Source: Candidatus Eiseniibacteriota bacterium | GTDB taxonomy: Bacteria > Eisenbacteria > RBG-16-71-46 | DNA: 64,000 nt | Assembly (NCBI GenBank): GCA_963725865.1 | Contig: CAVSAC010000010.1 | Coordinates: 896,001 to 960,000 of the forward strand | Direction of reading: 5' to 3' | Shown: piece by piece, positions 1 to 11,188 of the stretch | Layout: the number at the start of each line of letters is the position of its first letter | Position numbering within the stretch: position 1 is the first letter of the stretch | Translations under genes and position numbers: made by a program | The notes under the pieces: generated by a model | Database searches by the model: none | What the model was told of the DNA's origin: nothing | Seen by the model: the letters and a program-made list of their open reading frames with translations, nothing else

Positions 1-79
1 CGCCGCGCGCTTCGCCGGACCCGCGACGCATGGTAGCCTCAAGTCGGTCTCAGCCCTCGGCACCCGCTCTGGAGAGTCC

Positions 80-2566
80 ATGCTCCGCATCCCGCTTGCG
101 TCCTTCGCGGCCGCGCTCGCCCTGGCGCTGACGCTCCCCGCCGCACCCGCCCGCGCCGCCTCGCACGACGGCAATGTGGAGTGGGCCGGGCTCTCGCACG
201 TCGCCTGGCAGGATCGCCGGCCGCTGTGTCCGGTGCTCAAGGAGTCGTTCCAGGTGCGCCTGCAGTCGTGGCGCGACGACCTCACCGCCGTGCGCGTGTT
301 CTGGACCGACGGCGCCACCACGTCGTGGATCGATGCCGCGCGCTCCGCCACCCGTGGGCCGTACGACGTCTGGACCGCACAGCTGCCGGCCGCGGCGACC
401 AACACGCCGAACTACTGGTTCCAGGTCATCGACGGCATCGACACCGACTACCTGAGCGTCAACGGCATCACGACCACGGTGCCGGTCGACGGCGGCTTCG
501 CGCTCGACTTCCTGAACCTCACGCACGCCCCGCTCGGGGCGACGCCCGCGACCGGCGGCACGGTGTTCCGGGTGTGGGCGCCGACGCGCACGACCGCGTT
601 CGTGCGCGGCGAGTTCAACGGCTGGGGCACCACCGCGATGGTGAAGACCGGCGAGTACTTCGCGATCTACGTCGCCGGCGCCGGCGCGCGCCAGCAGTAC
701 AAGTACTTCTTCAACGGCATCACGTGGAACACCGACGCGCGCGCGCGCGCGCTCAATCCGGGCGACAGCTACAACGCCTACATCGAGAACCCGTTCGGCT
801 ACACCTGGCACGACGCGGCCTATGTCACGCCGGCGTTCGAGCAGATGGTGGTCTACCAGCTCCACATCGGCACGTTTGCCGGGCGCAACGATCCGATGGG
901 GGTCGCGACCTATCCGTCGCGCTTCATCGACGTCGCGGCGCGCGTGGGCTACCTCGACAGCCTCGGCGTGAACGCGGTGATGTTCAACCCGTTCACCGAG
1001 TTCCCGACCGACGCGTCGGCGGGCTACAACCCGGTCACGATGTGGTCACCGGAGTCCTGGTACGGCACGCCCGACCAGCTCAAGGCGATGGTGGATTCGC
1101 TGCACGCCCACGGCATCGCGGTGCTGCTCGACATCGTGTGGAACCACTTCTCGGCCACCGACAACAACCTCTGGAACTACGACGGCTCGCAGATCTACTT
1201 CGACACGCCCGCGGTCGACACGCCGTGGGGCTCGCAGGCCGACTTCGACCGTGGCCCGGTCCAGGACTACTTCGCCAACAGCGCGATGATGTGGCTCGAG
1301 GAGTACCACCTCGACGGCTACCGCATGGACGCCACCTCGTACATGACCATCCCCGGCCAGGGCGCTTCCGGCTGGGCGCTGATGCAGCGGCTCAACGACG
1401 AGGTCGACCGCCGCTGGGCGGACAAGATCGTGATCGCCGAGCAACTGCCCAACGACCAGGCGATCAGCACGCCGACCGCGCTCGGCGGCGCCGGCTTCGA
1501 CGCTCAGTACCACATGCAGTTCCGCGACAACGTCCGCCAGGCGATCTTCGACGCCGCATTCGGCGATCCCAACATGAACGCGGTCCGCAGCGCGCTGCTG
1601 GGCACCGGGACGTACATCAGCGGGCGGCGCGCGTTCGACTACCTCGAGCTGCACGACGAGGCGTGGCCCTCGAGCGGCGGCCAGCGCCTGATCAAGAACA
1701 TCGACAGTACCGCGCCGTACGACGACGTGTGGGCCAAGGGGCGCAGCAAGCTGGGCTTCGGGCTCACGCTCACCGCGCCCGCCATCCCGGCGCTGCTGAT
1801 GGGCACCGAGTGGCTCGAGGACACCGACTTCGATCCCAGCTCGACGCATCGTATCGATTGGTCGAAGAAAGTGACGTACTGGGACATCTGGGCGTTCTAC
1901 CGCGACCTGATCCACGCGCGGCGCTCGCTGTCGCCGCTGCGCTCCGACGCGAGCATCTACGTGTCGCACGTCAACGAGAGCGGCAACGTGATCGCGTTCC
2001 GGCGCTACGACGGCAGCGGCACCAGCATGATGGTGCTTGCGAACTTCTCGAACAACGACTACACCGGCTATCGCGTCGGCGTGCCGGCCGCCGGCGGCTG
2101 GATCGAGTCGATCGACAGCCAGTCGGCGCGCTACGGCGGCAACGGGCTCGACAACCCGGGCGTGCTCCAGACCGAGGCGGTGACCTACGACGGCTTCGCG
2201 CAGTCGCTGGTCCTCAACGTGCCGCGCATGGGCCTGCTGGTGCTGGGCCCGACCTCGCTGCTCGAGGTGGGCGCCGCCCCGGCGCCGCCGGCGCTGCGGT
2301 TCGGGCGCGTGGGCCCGGTGCCCGCGCGTGCCGGCCTGACGGTCGGCTTCGCGCTGCCGCGCGCCGCGCGCGCGCGCCTGGCGCTGGTGGACGTGAGCGG
2401 GCGCGCGGTGGCGACGCTGCTCGACGGGCCGCTGGACGCGGGCGAGCACAGCGTGCGCTGGGACGGACTCGACGGCCGCGGTCGGCGGGTGGGCGCCGGG
2501 GTCTACTTCCTGATGCTCGAGAGCGAGGGCGCGCGCGCCGTGAAGCGCGTGCCGGTGGTTCGATAG
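80..2566 (+). CDS. Secreted GH13 alpha-amylase-family enzyme (GlgB/TreZ-like catalytic domain, CBM48-like module) with C-terminal FlgD-Ig/T9SS-like domain
   Basis: Signal peptide (..APARA|ASH); FRVWAP CBM48-like motif; GH13 regions VLLDIVWNH, GYRMDAT, IAEQ, LELHDE; C-terminus DVSGRAVATL..WDGLDGRGRRVGAGVYFL; GGAGAG RBS. Confidence 0.85.
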   Translation: MLRIPLASFAAALALALTLPAAPARAASHDGNVEWAGLSHVAWQDRRPLCPVLKESFQVRLQSWRDDLTAVRVFWTDGATTSWIDAARSATRGPYDVWTAQLPAAATNTPNYWFQVIDGIDTDYLSVNGITTTVPVDGGFALDFLNLTHAPLGATPATGGTVFRVWAPTRTTAFVRGEFNGWGTTAMVKTGEYFAIYVAGAGARQQYKYFFNGITWNTDARARALNPGDSYNAYIENPFGYTWHDAAYVTPAFEQMVVYQLHIGTFAGRNDPMGVATYPSRFIDVAARVGYLDSLGVNAVMFNPFTEFPTDASAGYNPVTMWSPESWYGTPDQLKAMVDSLHAHGIAVLLDIVWNHFSATDNNLWNYDGSQIYFDTPAVDTPWGSQADFDRGPVQDYFANSAMMWLEEYHLDGYRMDATSYMTIPGQGASGWALMQRLNDEVDRRWADKIVIAEQLPNDQAISTPTALGGAGFDAQYHMQFRDNVRQAIFDAAFGDPNMNAVRSALLGTGTYISGRRAFDYLELHDEAWPSSGGQRLIKNIDSTAPYDDVWAKGRSKLGFGLTLTAPAIPALLMGTEWLEDTDFDPSSTHRIDWSKKVTYWDIWAFYRDLIHARRSLSPLRSDASIYVSHVNESGNVIAFRRYDGSGTSMMVLANFSNNDYTGYRVGVPAAGGWIESIDSQSARYGGNGLDNPGVLQTEAVTYDGFAQSLVLNVPRMGLLVLGPTSLLEVGAAPAPPALRFGRVGPVPARAGLTVGFALPRAARARLALVDVSGRAVATLLDGPLDAGEHSVRWDGLDGRGRRVGAGVYFLMLESEGARAVKRVPVVR

Positions 2567-2657
2567 CGGTTCACGACCGCGCAGTCCGACGCCTCGGTGC
2601 CCGGCGCCGGGGCGTCGTCGTTTCGGCCGGCGTGGTCGCCGCGCGGCGATTCGGTCC

Positions 2658-2687
2658 TTGAACCCGCGAGCGCCGCGGGCCTAGCAT
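2658..2687 (+). promoter_or_regulatory. Putative sigma70-type promoter
   Basis: TTGAAC-N18-TAGCAT upstream of the gene at 2801. Confidence 0.4.
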
Positions 2688-2800
2688 CGAGCCATCGCCC
2701 GCCCCGAAAGGCGACCGCGCGACCCTCGAGGACCGACCCGCGAGCCCTGGCTACCCGTTCGAAGCGCCGCCCAGCATCGTCATCGAACCGGAGCCCCACC

Positions 2801-4334
2801 GTGGACCGCTCGCGCTCCTCTGCTTCTCGTTCGCGCTTCGCCGTACTCGTCACCGCTTCCACCACGGCCGCGGCACTGATGATCGCGGCGCTCGTCGCGC
2901 TCCCGGCACCCGCCCACGCGCTGATCCCGCGGGTCTCGGCCTGCACGCCGGCCGGCTGGTCCGCGCCGGCGGTGCCGCGCGTGGACCCCGACGCCACCGA
3001 CACGCTCAGCGTCCAGGCGTCGCCGCAGCTGCGGACCGATCAGCCGACCTGGTTCTGCTGGGGCTCGTGTGGCAACGCGGCGGCGGGCGGCGGCTGGACG
3101 GACGCGCTCTATCTGGACGGCTCGCTGATCTCGGTCGTCGGGCGGCCCCACGACCCGCGCTTCGTCTCGCACACGTTCTTCTCGCTCAACGACGGGCCGG
3201 TGTGGGTGAGCGGCGGCCGGCATACGCTGATGGTGCACGCCGATCTCTACGGCCAGATGCTCGACGGCCCGGGCGACCTGGGGGACGACTTCGCGTACGT
3301 CGCCTACCTGTGGCCGGCCAAGCCCGCGACGTGGGGCGTCGGTCAGGGTGTGCCGTTGCCGCCACCGCCCACCACCGTTTACGGCGGTCCGCCAAATTGC
3401 TCGGCATATTCGCTCCAGCGCCCCGCGATCTTCCCGTGGTGCGTGTCGGTGACGGGCAGCACCAACCCGAGCTTGATCCTCTACGACGACTACGTGAACT
3501 CCACCACCGGCTACAGCCACCAGGTCGGCGCGGCGGCGCCGGCCGGCGACACGCTCGACCTGGTGGTGGGGCAGGGCGATCCCACGCCCGACACGCTGTA
3601 CGCGGGACTCGCTCAGGGTCCCGAGCCGCCCCCGTCGTATCCGTCCTGCACGCTCTACTCGAGCGACGCCTCGGGCCACGTCGGGACCGCCGGCTCGCTG
3701 TGGCCGTCGGTGGCGCTGCCGGCCGGCGCGGTCGGGCAGGTGTTTCGACTGACGCTTCAAGCTGGGAACGCGTACCCGCTGCTGCTGTCGAGCCTGACCG
3801 GCACCGCCGACCTCGCGTTCGCGCTGTTCCCGCCCGGCAGCGGCGGCGTGTTCACGCTGAAGGACGCGATCGCCTACTCGGTGCCGCGCACGACGACGCT
3901 GCTCGACAGCCTGGTGTTCGTGCCGCCGGCGACCGGCGACTATCCGCTGGTGGTCTACCGCGTGACCCGCGCCGGGCTCGACGCCCCCACCAGTTACTCG
4001 CTGCAAGTCGGCACCGCGACGCTCGGCGCACCCGTCATCGTGCCCGAGCCCGCGCTGTCGCTCGAGCTACTCGGTGCCTCGCCCAACCCGGTGCGAGGCG
4101 CGGCGCGTCTCGCGTTCTCGCTGCCCTCGGCCGGCCACGTGACGCTGGCGCTCCACGACGTGCAGGGCCGCCGCGTCCGCACGCTGGTCGACGTCGAGCT
4201 GCCCGCGGGCAGCCACGCCGTCTCGTGGGACGGCCGCGACGACGCCGGAGTCCGGGTGCCGGCGGGCTCGTACTGGATGAAGCTGGTGACCGCCGACGGC
4301 GACCCGCAGCCGCCCGGTCACCGTCACGCGCTGA
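2801..4334 (+). CDS. Secreted protein of unknown function with C-terminal FlgD-Ig/T9SS-like domain; paralog of 4421-5941; extra G at ~4301
   Basis: GTG 2801 after GGAG; signal peptide ..PAHA|LI; colinear with the downstream paralog; removing G4301 restores ..DGTRSRPVTVTR* (TGA 4332-4334), matching the paralog end DGTRSRPLIVTR*. Confidence 0.75.
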
Positions 4335-4420
4335 CCTGGAGGACGCTGCGGCGCGACCTGCCCGAGTCGCCGGGAGCGCCGCGGTGTCGTTCCGCATAGT
4401 CGTCGGACTGGAGCCTCGCC

Positions 4421-5941
4421 ATGAATCGCTCGCGCCTCGCCGAATCCCTCTCGCGCGTGATCGCGCGCGCATCGTCCTCTCGCTCCTCGCTCGCCCTCGC
4501 GCTGATCGCGGCGCTCGCCGTGATCCCGGGCAGCGCGCACGCGCTCATCGATCGCTGCAGCGCCTGCGCGCCCCCGGGCTGGACCGCGCCCGTGGTGCCC
4601 CGCACCACCGGGGACGCGGTCGACTCGATTGCATTCGCGGTCCCGCTGTCGCCCGTGCTGGTCGGCGGCGGGACCACGTTCCTGAACTGGGCCGCGTGCG
4701 GGAACGAGGCGGCGCAGGGCGGCTGGACCGACCAGCTCTCGCTGGACGGCGAACCCATCGAGACGCTGGTGCGCCCCGTGGACCCGCGCTGGATCACGCA
4801 CTACTTCCGCGCGGTGAACCAGGGCCCCACCATCATCCGCGGCGGCCGCCACACGCTGCGCGACAGCGTGGACATCTACTACCGGTCGGGTGAGGGGATC
4901 GGCAGCCGCGGCGACAACGTGTGGTACGGGCAGTGGGTGTGGAGTCCGATCGCGCTCCCATGGAGTCCGACTGGCTACTGGCGCGTCGCGCCGCCTCAAC
5001 GCGGCCCCGGCGCGATCCCCAACAGTGACGGTCTCGCGTTCACCCGCCCGGGCGGTTACCCGTGGTGCGTCGCGATCGCGATCGCGGGCGCCGCCGACAA
5101 CGACCTCGTCCTCTACGACGACTACGTCGACGCGACCAGCGGATTCAGCCACGCGCTCGCGACCTCGGCGTGCGGCGCCGACAGCACCGAGCTGGTGGTC
5201 GGGCACGACGCCGGCACGCCGCTGACGTTCTACCCCGGCATCGTGAGCGGTGTCACGGCCGCGGCGAACTACTGCGTGCTCTCGGTTGCCGACGCGACGT
5301 CGCACACCGGGACGGCGACCAGCACCTGGAGCAACGTGCTCCTGTACGGCTACCACGTCGCCGACGTGTATCGCGTCCACCTCGATGCCGGGCAGTCCGT
5401 GGGCATGACCGTGACGCGCACCGGCGGCACGTCGACCCTGGCGCTCGCGGTGTTCCCCGCCGGATCGGGCGGCGTGTACTCCCGCCGGCAGGCGCTCGCG
5501 GCTTCGACGTCGCAGGACGCGCAGATGGCGACGCTGAACTTCGCGCCGCCGGCGACCGGCGAGTATCCGGTGGTGGTGTTCCGCGCCAGCCTCGCGGGGG
5601 CGACCGAGAACGCCAACTACACGCTGGCGCTCGGGCAGCCGCTCGCGGTGCCCGAACCCACGCTGTCACTCGAGCTGCTCGGCGCCTCGCCCAATCCGGT
5701 GCGGGGGGCGTCGCGGCTCGCGTTCTCGCTGCCCGCCGCCGGGCACGTGACGCTCGCGCTCCACGACGTGCAGGGCCGCCGCGTCCGCACGCTGGTCGAC
5801 GCCGCGCTGCCCGCGGGCAGCCACGCCGTCTCGTGGGACGGCCGCGACGATGCCGGCGCCCGGGTGCCGGCGGGCTCCTACTGGATGAAGCTGGTGACCG
5901 CCGACGGCACCCGCAGCCGTCCGCTCATCGTCACGCGCTGA
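4421..5941 (+). CDS. Secreted protein of unknown function with C-terminal FlgD-Ig/T9SS-like domain
   Basis: Signal peptide ..GSAHA|LI; SPNP..HDVQGRRVRTL..WDGRDDAG..GSYWMKL C-terminal domain; GGAG RBS. Confidence 0.8.
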   Translation: MNRSRLAESLSRVIARASSSRSSLALALIAALAVIPGSAHALIDRCSACAPPGWTAPVVPRTTGDAVDSIAFAVPLSPVLVGGGTTFLNWAACGNEAAQGGWTDQLSLDGEPIETLVRPVDPRWITHYFRAVNQGPTIIRGGRHTLRDSVDIYYRSGEGIGSRGDNVWYGQWVWSPIALPWSPTGYWRVAPPQRGPGAIPNSDGLAFTRPGGYPWCVAIAIAGAADNDLVLYDDYVDATSGFSHALATSACGADSTELVVGHDAGTPLTFYPGIVSGVTAAANYCVLSVADATSHTGTATSTWSNVLLYGYHVADVYRVHLDAGQSVGMTVTRTGGTSTLALAVFPAGSGGVYSRRQALAASTSQDAQMATLNFAPPATGEYPVVVFRASLAGATENANYTLALGQPLAVPEPTLSLELLGASPNPVRGASRLAFSLPAAGHVTLALHDVQGRRVRTLVDAALPAGSHAVSWDGRDDAGARVPAGSYWMKLVTADGTRSRPLIVTR

Positions 5942-6054
5942 ATCCAACCGCAGGGCGGAGGCGTTTCCCCGCCTCCACCGTGCCTGATATCCTCCGGGAC
6001 GATTCGCCCCCACGGCGTCTCTTCGCCACGCCGAACCTGGAGGTCCGACCCATC

Positions 6055-7268
6055 ATGGGCATCAGCCTGCTCGCGAAATCCATCGCCGAGTCGCCCACGC
6101 TGAAGCTGAACGAGGAGGCCCGCCTGCTGCGCGAGAAGGGCGAGGCCGTGATCCATCTCGGGATCGGCGAGCCGAAGAACAAGGCTCCGATCGCGGCCAT
6201 CCTGTCGGCGGCCGCCAAGCTCTCCGTGGGCGACATCAAATACTGCCCGACCGACGGCGTGCCGTCGCTCAAGAAGGCCATCGTCCGCTACACCGAGGAG
6301 GCCTACGACAAGGTCGTGGGCGCCGAGAACGTGATCGTCTCCTCGGGTGCCAAGCAGTCGCTCTACAACCTCCTCTACTGCCTGCTCAACCCGCAGGACG
6401 AGGTGGTGGTGCTGGCGCCCTACTGGGTGTCGTACCCCGAGATGGTCCGCATGGTGTACGGCATCCCGGTGATCGTCACACCCGAGGACGGCTCGTTCGT
6501 CCCGCGCTTCGAGGAGATCGAGCGGGCGATCACCTCCAGCACCCGCGTGATCCTCGTCAACAGCCCCAACAACCCGTCGGGCGCGGTGTTCCCCGACGCG
6601 CTGATCGAGAAGATCGTCGGGCTGTGCGAGCGCAAGGGCATCTACCTGATCATGGACGACATCTATCACAAGCTCGTGTTCGACGGCGTGCGTCCCGCCC
6701 CCGGCTGGCGCTTCACCGACAGGGACATCGAGTCGACCAAGGTGATCGTCGTCAACGGCATCTCGAAGCTCTACGGCATGACCGGCTTCCGCATCGGCTG
6801 GACGGTCGCCCCCAAGGAGCTGGTGCAGACCATGACCAACGTGCAGGCGCAGACCACCTCGTGCGCCTCGCTCGTCATGCAGGCCGGCGCGGAGGGCGCG
6901 CTGACCGGGCTGCAGAGCCAGGTCGAGTCGCTGCGCCTGACGATCCAGAACAACCGCGACGTGATGATGCAGGAGCTGACGTCTTTCTCGGGCGTGAAGT
7001 GCGTGAAGCCGCAGGGCACGTTCTACTGCATGCCCGACATGCGCGCCTACGAGAAGGACTCGGTGAAGCTGAGCGAGTTCCTGCTCAAGAAGGCCCGCGT
7101 GGTGACCGTGCCCGGCAAGGAGTTCGGGATGGAGGGGCACCTGCGCCTCTCGTACGCCGGCACCGTGAAGGACGTGACCGAGGGCGTCGCGCGGATGAAG
7201 TGGGCGCTCGACGCCAAGGCGCCGACCGAGATCTACATCGGCGACCGCAAGCTGGTGAGGGACTGGCT

Positions 7269-7272
<4 letters not shown>
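6055..7272 (+). CDS. PLP-dependent class I/II aminotransferase (aspartate aminotransferase-like)
   Basis: GEP, SGAKQ, NSPNNPSG, DDIY and SKLYGMTGFRIGW motifs; ATG 6055 after GGAGG (the ORF-track 5' extension is spurious). Confidence 0.9.
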
Positions 7273-8930
<1,658 letters not shown>

Positions 8931-8960
8931 GCGCTGGCTGGGCTAGAGCGTCAGAACACG

Positions 8961-8996
8961 AAGCGCCGGAGTCCGAGAGGGCTCCGGCGCTTTGGT
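8961..8996 (+). terminator. Hairpin terminator after pckA
   Basis: AAGCGCCGGAGTCC-GAGA-GGGCTCCGGCGCTT 14-bp stem (one G-U) with GNRA loop and short T tail. Confidence 0.65.
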
Positions 8997-9275
8997 GTGA
9001 TGGTGCGAGCACGTCGGGGCTCGCCATGGGCTCGGGCTGGATCAAACGAACCCCTTGACAGCCTATTCGGACCCGACGTGCGCAGGTCACGGCCGCGCGC
9101 GGATCGCGCACGAGCGCGCGGTGGATGCGCGCGGGTGGCATTTTGCCGCTGAGCGACAGTCGGCTTTCGTAACGAGTCGCGATGTGCGCAGTGCGCGCAC
9201 GCACGAGCGTCTCGAACACCTATGGTAGAAAGCGAGCGTGCCCCCGCGACTGAGCCCCCATTGCGGAGTCCCGCC

Positions 9276-10437
9276 ATGAAGTCGTACTCGCTGACGCATC
9301 TGTCGGACTGCACTCTGCTCCATGACCTGGCTGCGCTCGTCACCCAGGATCGCGCCACCACCGCCGCGATGCTCGCCCATCTGGCCGAGGTGGATGCTCG
9401 CAAGCTCTTTCTGCCCGCGGCCTATCCCTCGATGTTCGCGTGGTGCCTGGGTGAACTGAAGCTCTCGGAGGACTCGGCCTTCAAGCGCATCGCGGCCGGG
9501 CGTGCGGCACGGCGGTTCCCTGGCATCTTCACGATGGTGGCAGACGGTCGGCTGCATCTGAGCGGCGTGGTGCAACTGGCGCCGCACCTCACGACCGAGA
9601 ACGTGGACAAGCTGCTCGCGGCGGCCGCCGGTCGGACCAAGGCGCAGATCGAGCGGCTCATCGCCGAGCGCTTCCCGCGGCCCGACATGCCTTGCGTGCT
9701 GCGAGCGTTGGATACGAACATCCCGGTCGCGGTGTCAGCGCACATGACAACGTCTGAACTCGCCCCGGGGCGAGTGAATATTTGTACAGCGCAGCGAGCC
9801 TGAGCCGATCTCGGCGTCCGAGACGTCCGCGCTCGCGCCGGCTGCCATTGGTCAGCCCACAGCCACGCTCGGGACTCGACATGAGCTCGCACCTGTCGCG
9901 GCACCGATCCTGCCGCACACGCGAGTCTCCCCACTCGCGCCGGGGCGTTTCGCGCTTCAGGTGACTGTGAGCCAGGTCACCCACGACAAGCTCCGCCGAG
10001 CGCAGTCCCTGCTGGGTCACACCGTGCCGTCGAGCGACATCGCTCAGGTGCTCGACCGCGCGCTGGACGCGTTGATCGCCAAGCTCGAGCAGCGGCGCTT
10101 CGCGGCGACCGCCCGCCCGCGTACGACGCGCCGGCGCGGGAACGGAGACGCGCGGCATGTCCCTGCCGAGATCCGCCGACAGGTCTGGAAGCGCGATGGC
10201 GGACAGTGCACGTTCGTGGGCGAGAACGGCCATCGTTGCGAGGCCCGCACGCGCCTGGAGTTCGATCATGTCCAGCCGTTCGCCCGCGGCGGCCAGGCCA
10301 CGCCAACGGGCCTGCGCCTGCGCTGCCGAGCGCACAATCAGTTGGAGGCCGAGCGCACGTTCGGGAGCGCGTTCATGGCACACAAGCGCGAGGAGTCGCG
10401 GAGACGGGCGGCGGAGCGCGTCGCGGGCGGAGGCTGA
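9276..10437 (+). CDS. HNH endonuclease with DUF222-like N-terminal region; one frameshift at ~9780
   Basis: N-term LAHLAEVDARKL..YPSMF..GRLHLSG; linker with LAPGR repeats; C-term IRRQVWKRDGGQC..C..LEFDHVQPFARGG..LRCRAHN; the two frames join near 9780. Confidence 0.75.
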
Positions 10438-10460
10438 GGAACCCGCTGCCCCGCGCGCCC

Positions 10461-11188
10461 CTACCCTTTTCCCACCTCCATCACCCGCCGCGCCTCCGCC
10501 AGCCGCTCCGCGCTGCCGATCTCGAGCCAGCGCCCGTCGAGCATCCACGGCCGAATCGCGTGGCCGGCAGCCGCCAGCCGCACGTACACGTCCGTGATCG
10601 GGAACACGCCGCGCTCCTCGATGCGGTCGAGCAGCTCCGGCGAGCACGCGTGGATGCCGGCGAACGCCAGCCGGCGCACCGCGCCGCGCGCCGCGCGGCA
10701 TTCCTGCACCAGCCCGCGCCGCAGATCCTCGCGCCCGCACAGGCCGTCGTCGTCGAACAGCAGGTAGCGCTGCGTCTCACGCTCGCTCACCGCCAGCGTG
10801 GCGAGCGCTCCGCTCGACTCGGTGCGCGGCCATCAGAGCGACGCAGGTCGGCGTCGGTGATGACGTCGACGTTGTGCAGCAGCAGCGGCCGGTCGCCGCG
10901 GAACAGCGCGCGCGCGTGCAGCAGCCCGCCGCCGGTCTCGAGCGGGCGCTCGGGCTCGCGGCTCACCACGACCGTGGCGCCCAGGTCGTGCTCGGCGATG
11001 TAGCGCTCGATGCGCGCGGCGTGGTGGTGCACGTTCACCACGATGCGGTCGGCGCCGGCGGCGACCAGCGCGCGCGCGGTGCGCTCGAGCATGGTCTGGC
11101 CGGCGATCTCGATCAGCGCCTTGGGGGTGTCGCGGCCCAGCTCGCCGAGCCGCGTGCCGAGCCCGGCGGCGAAGATCATCGCGTCCAA
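10461..11188 (-). CDS. Nucleotidyltransferase, MurU-like; frameshifts at ~10820-10845
   Basis: AMIFAAGLGTRL..TPKAL, LETGGGL, HNVDV, AFAGIH, WLEIGS motifs split across frames; start TTG 11188 or ATG 11179. Confidence 0.8.

Noticed and set aside
2688..2800. GAAA-loop hairpin in a 5' UTR suggesting a c-di-GMP-I riboswitch
   Set aside because: Lacks the GCAAA and other conserved elements
4040..5660. VPEP motifs in both paralogs suggesting PEP-CTERM
   Set aside because: Followed by a ~90-aa beta domain rather than a TM helix and basic tail
9770..9790. Programmed frameshift in the HNH gene
   Set aside because: No canonical slippery heptamer, and the window has many similar indels attributable to sequencing error
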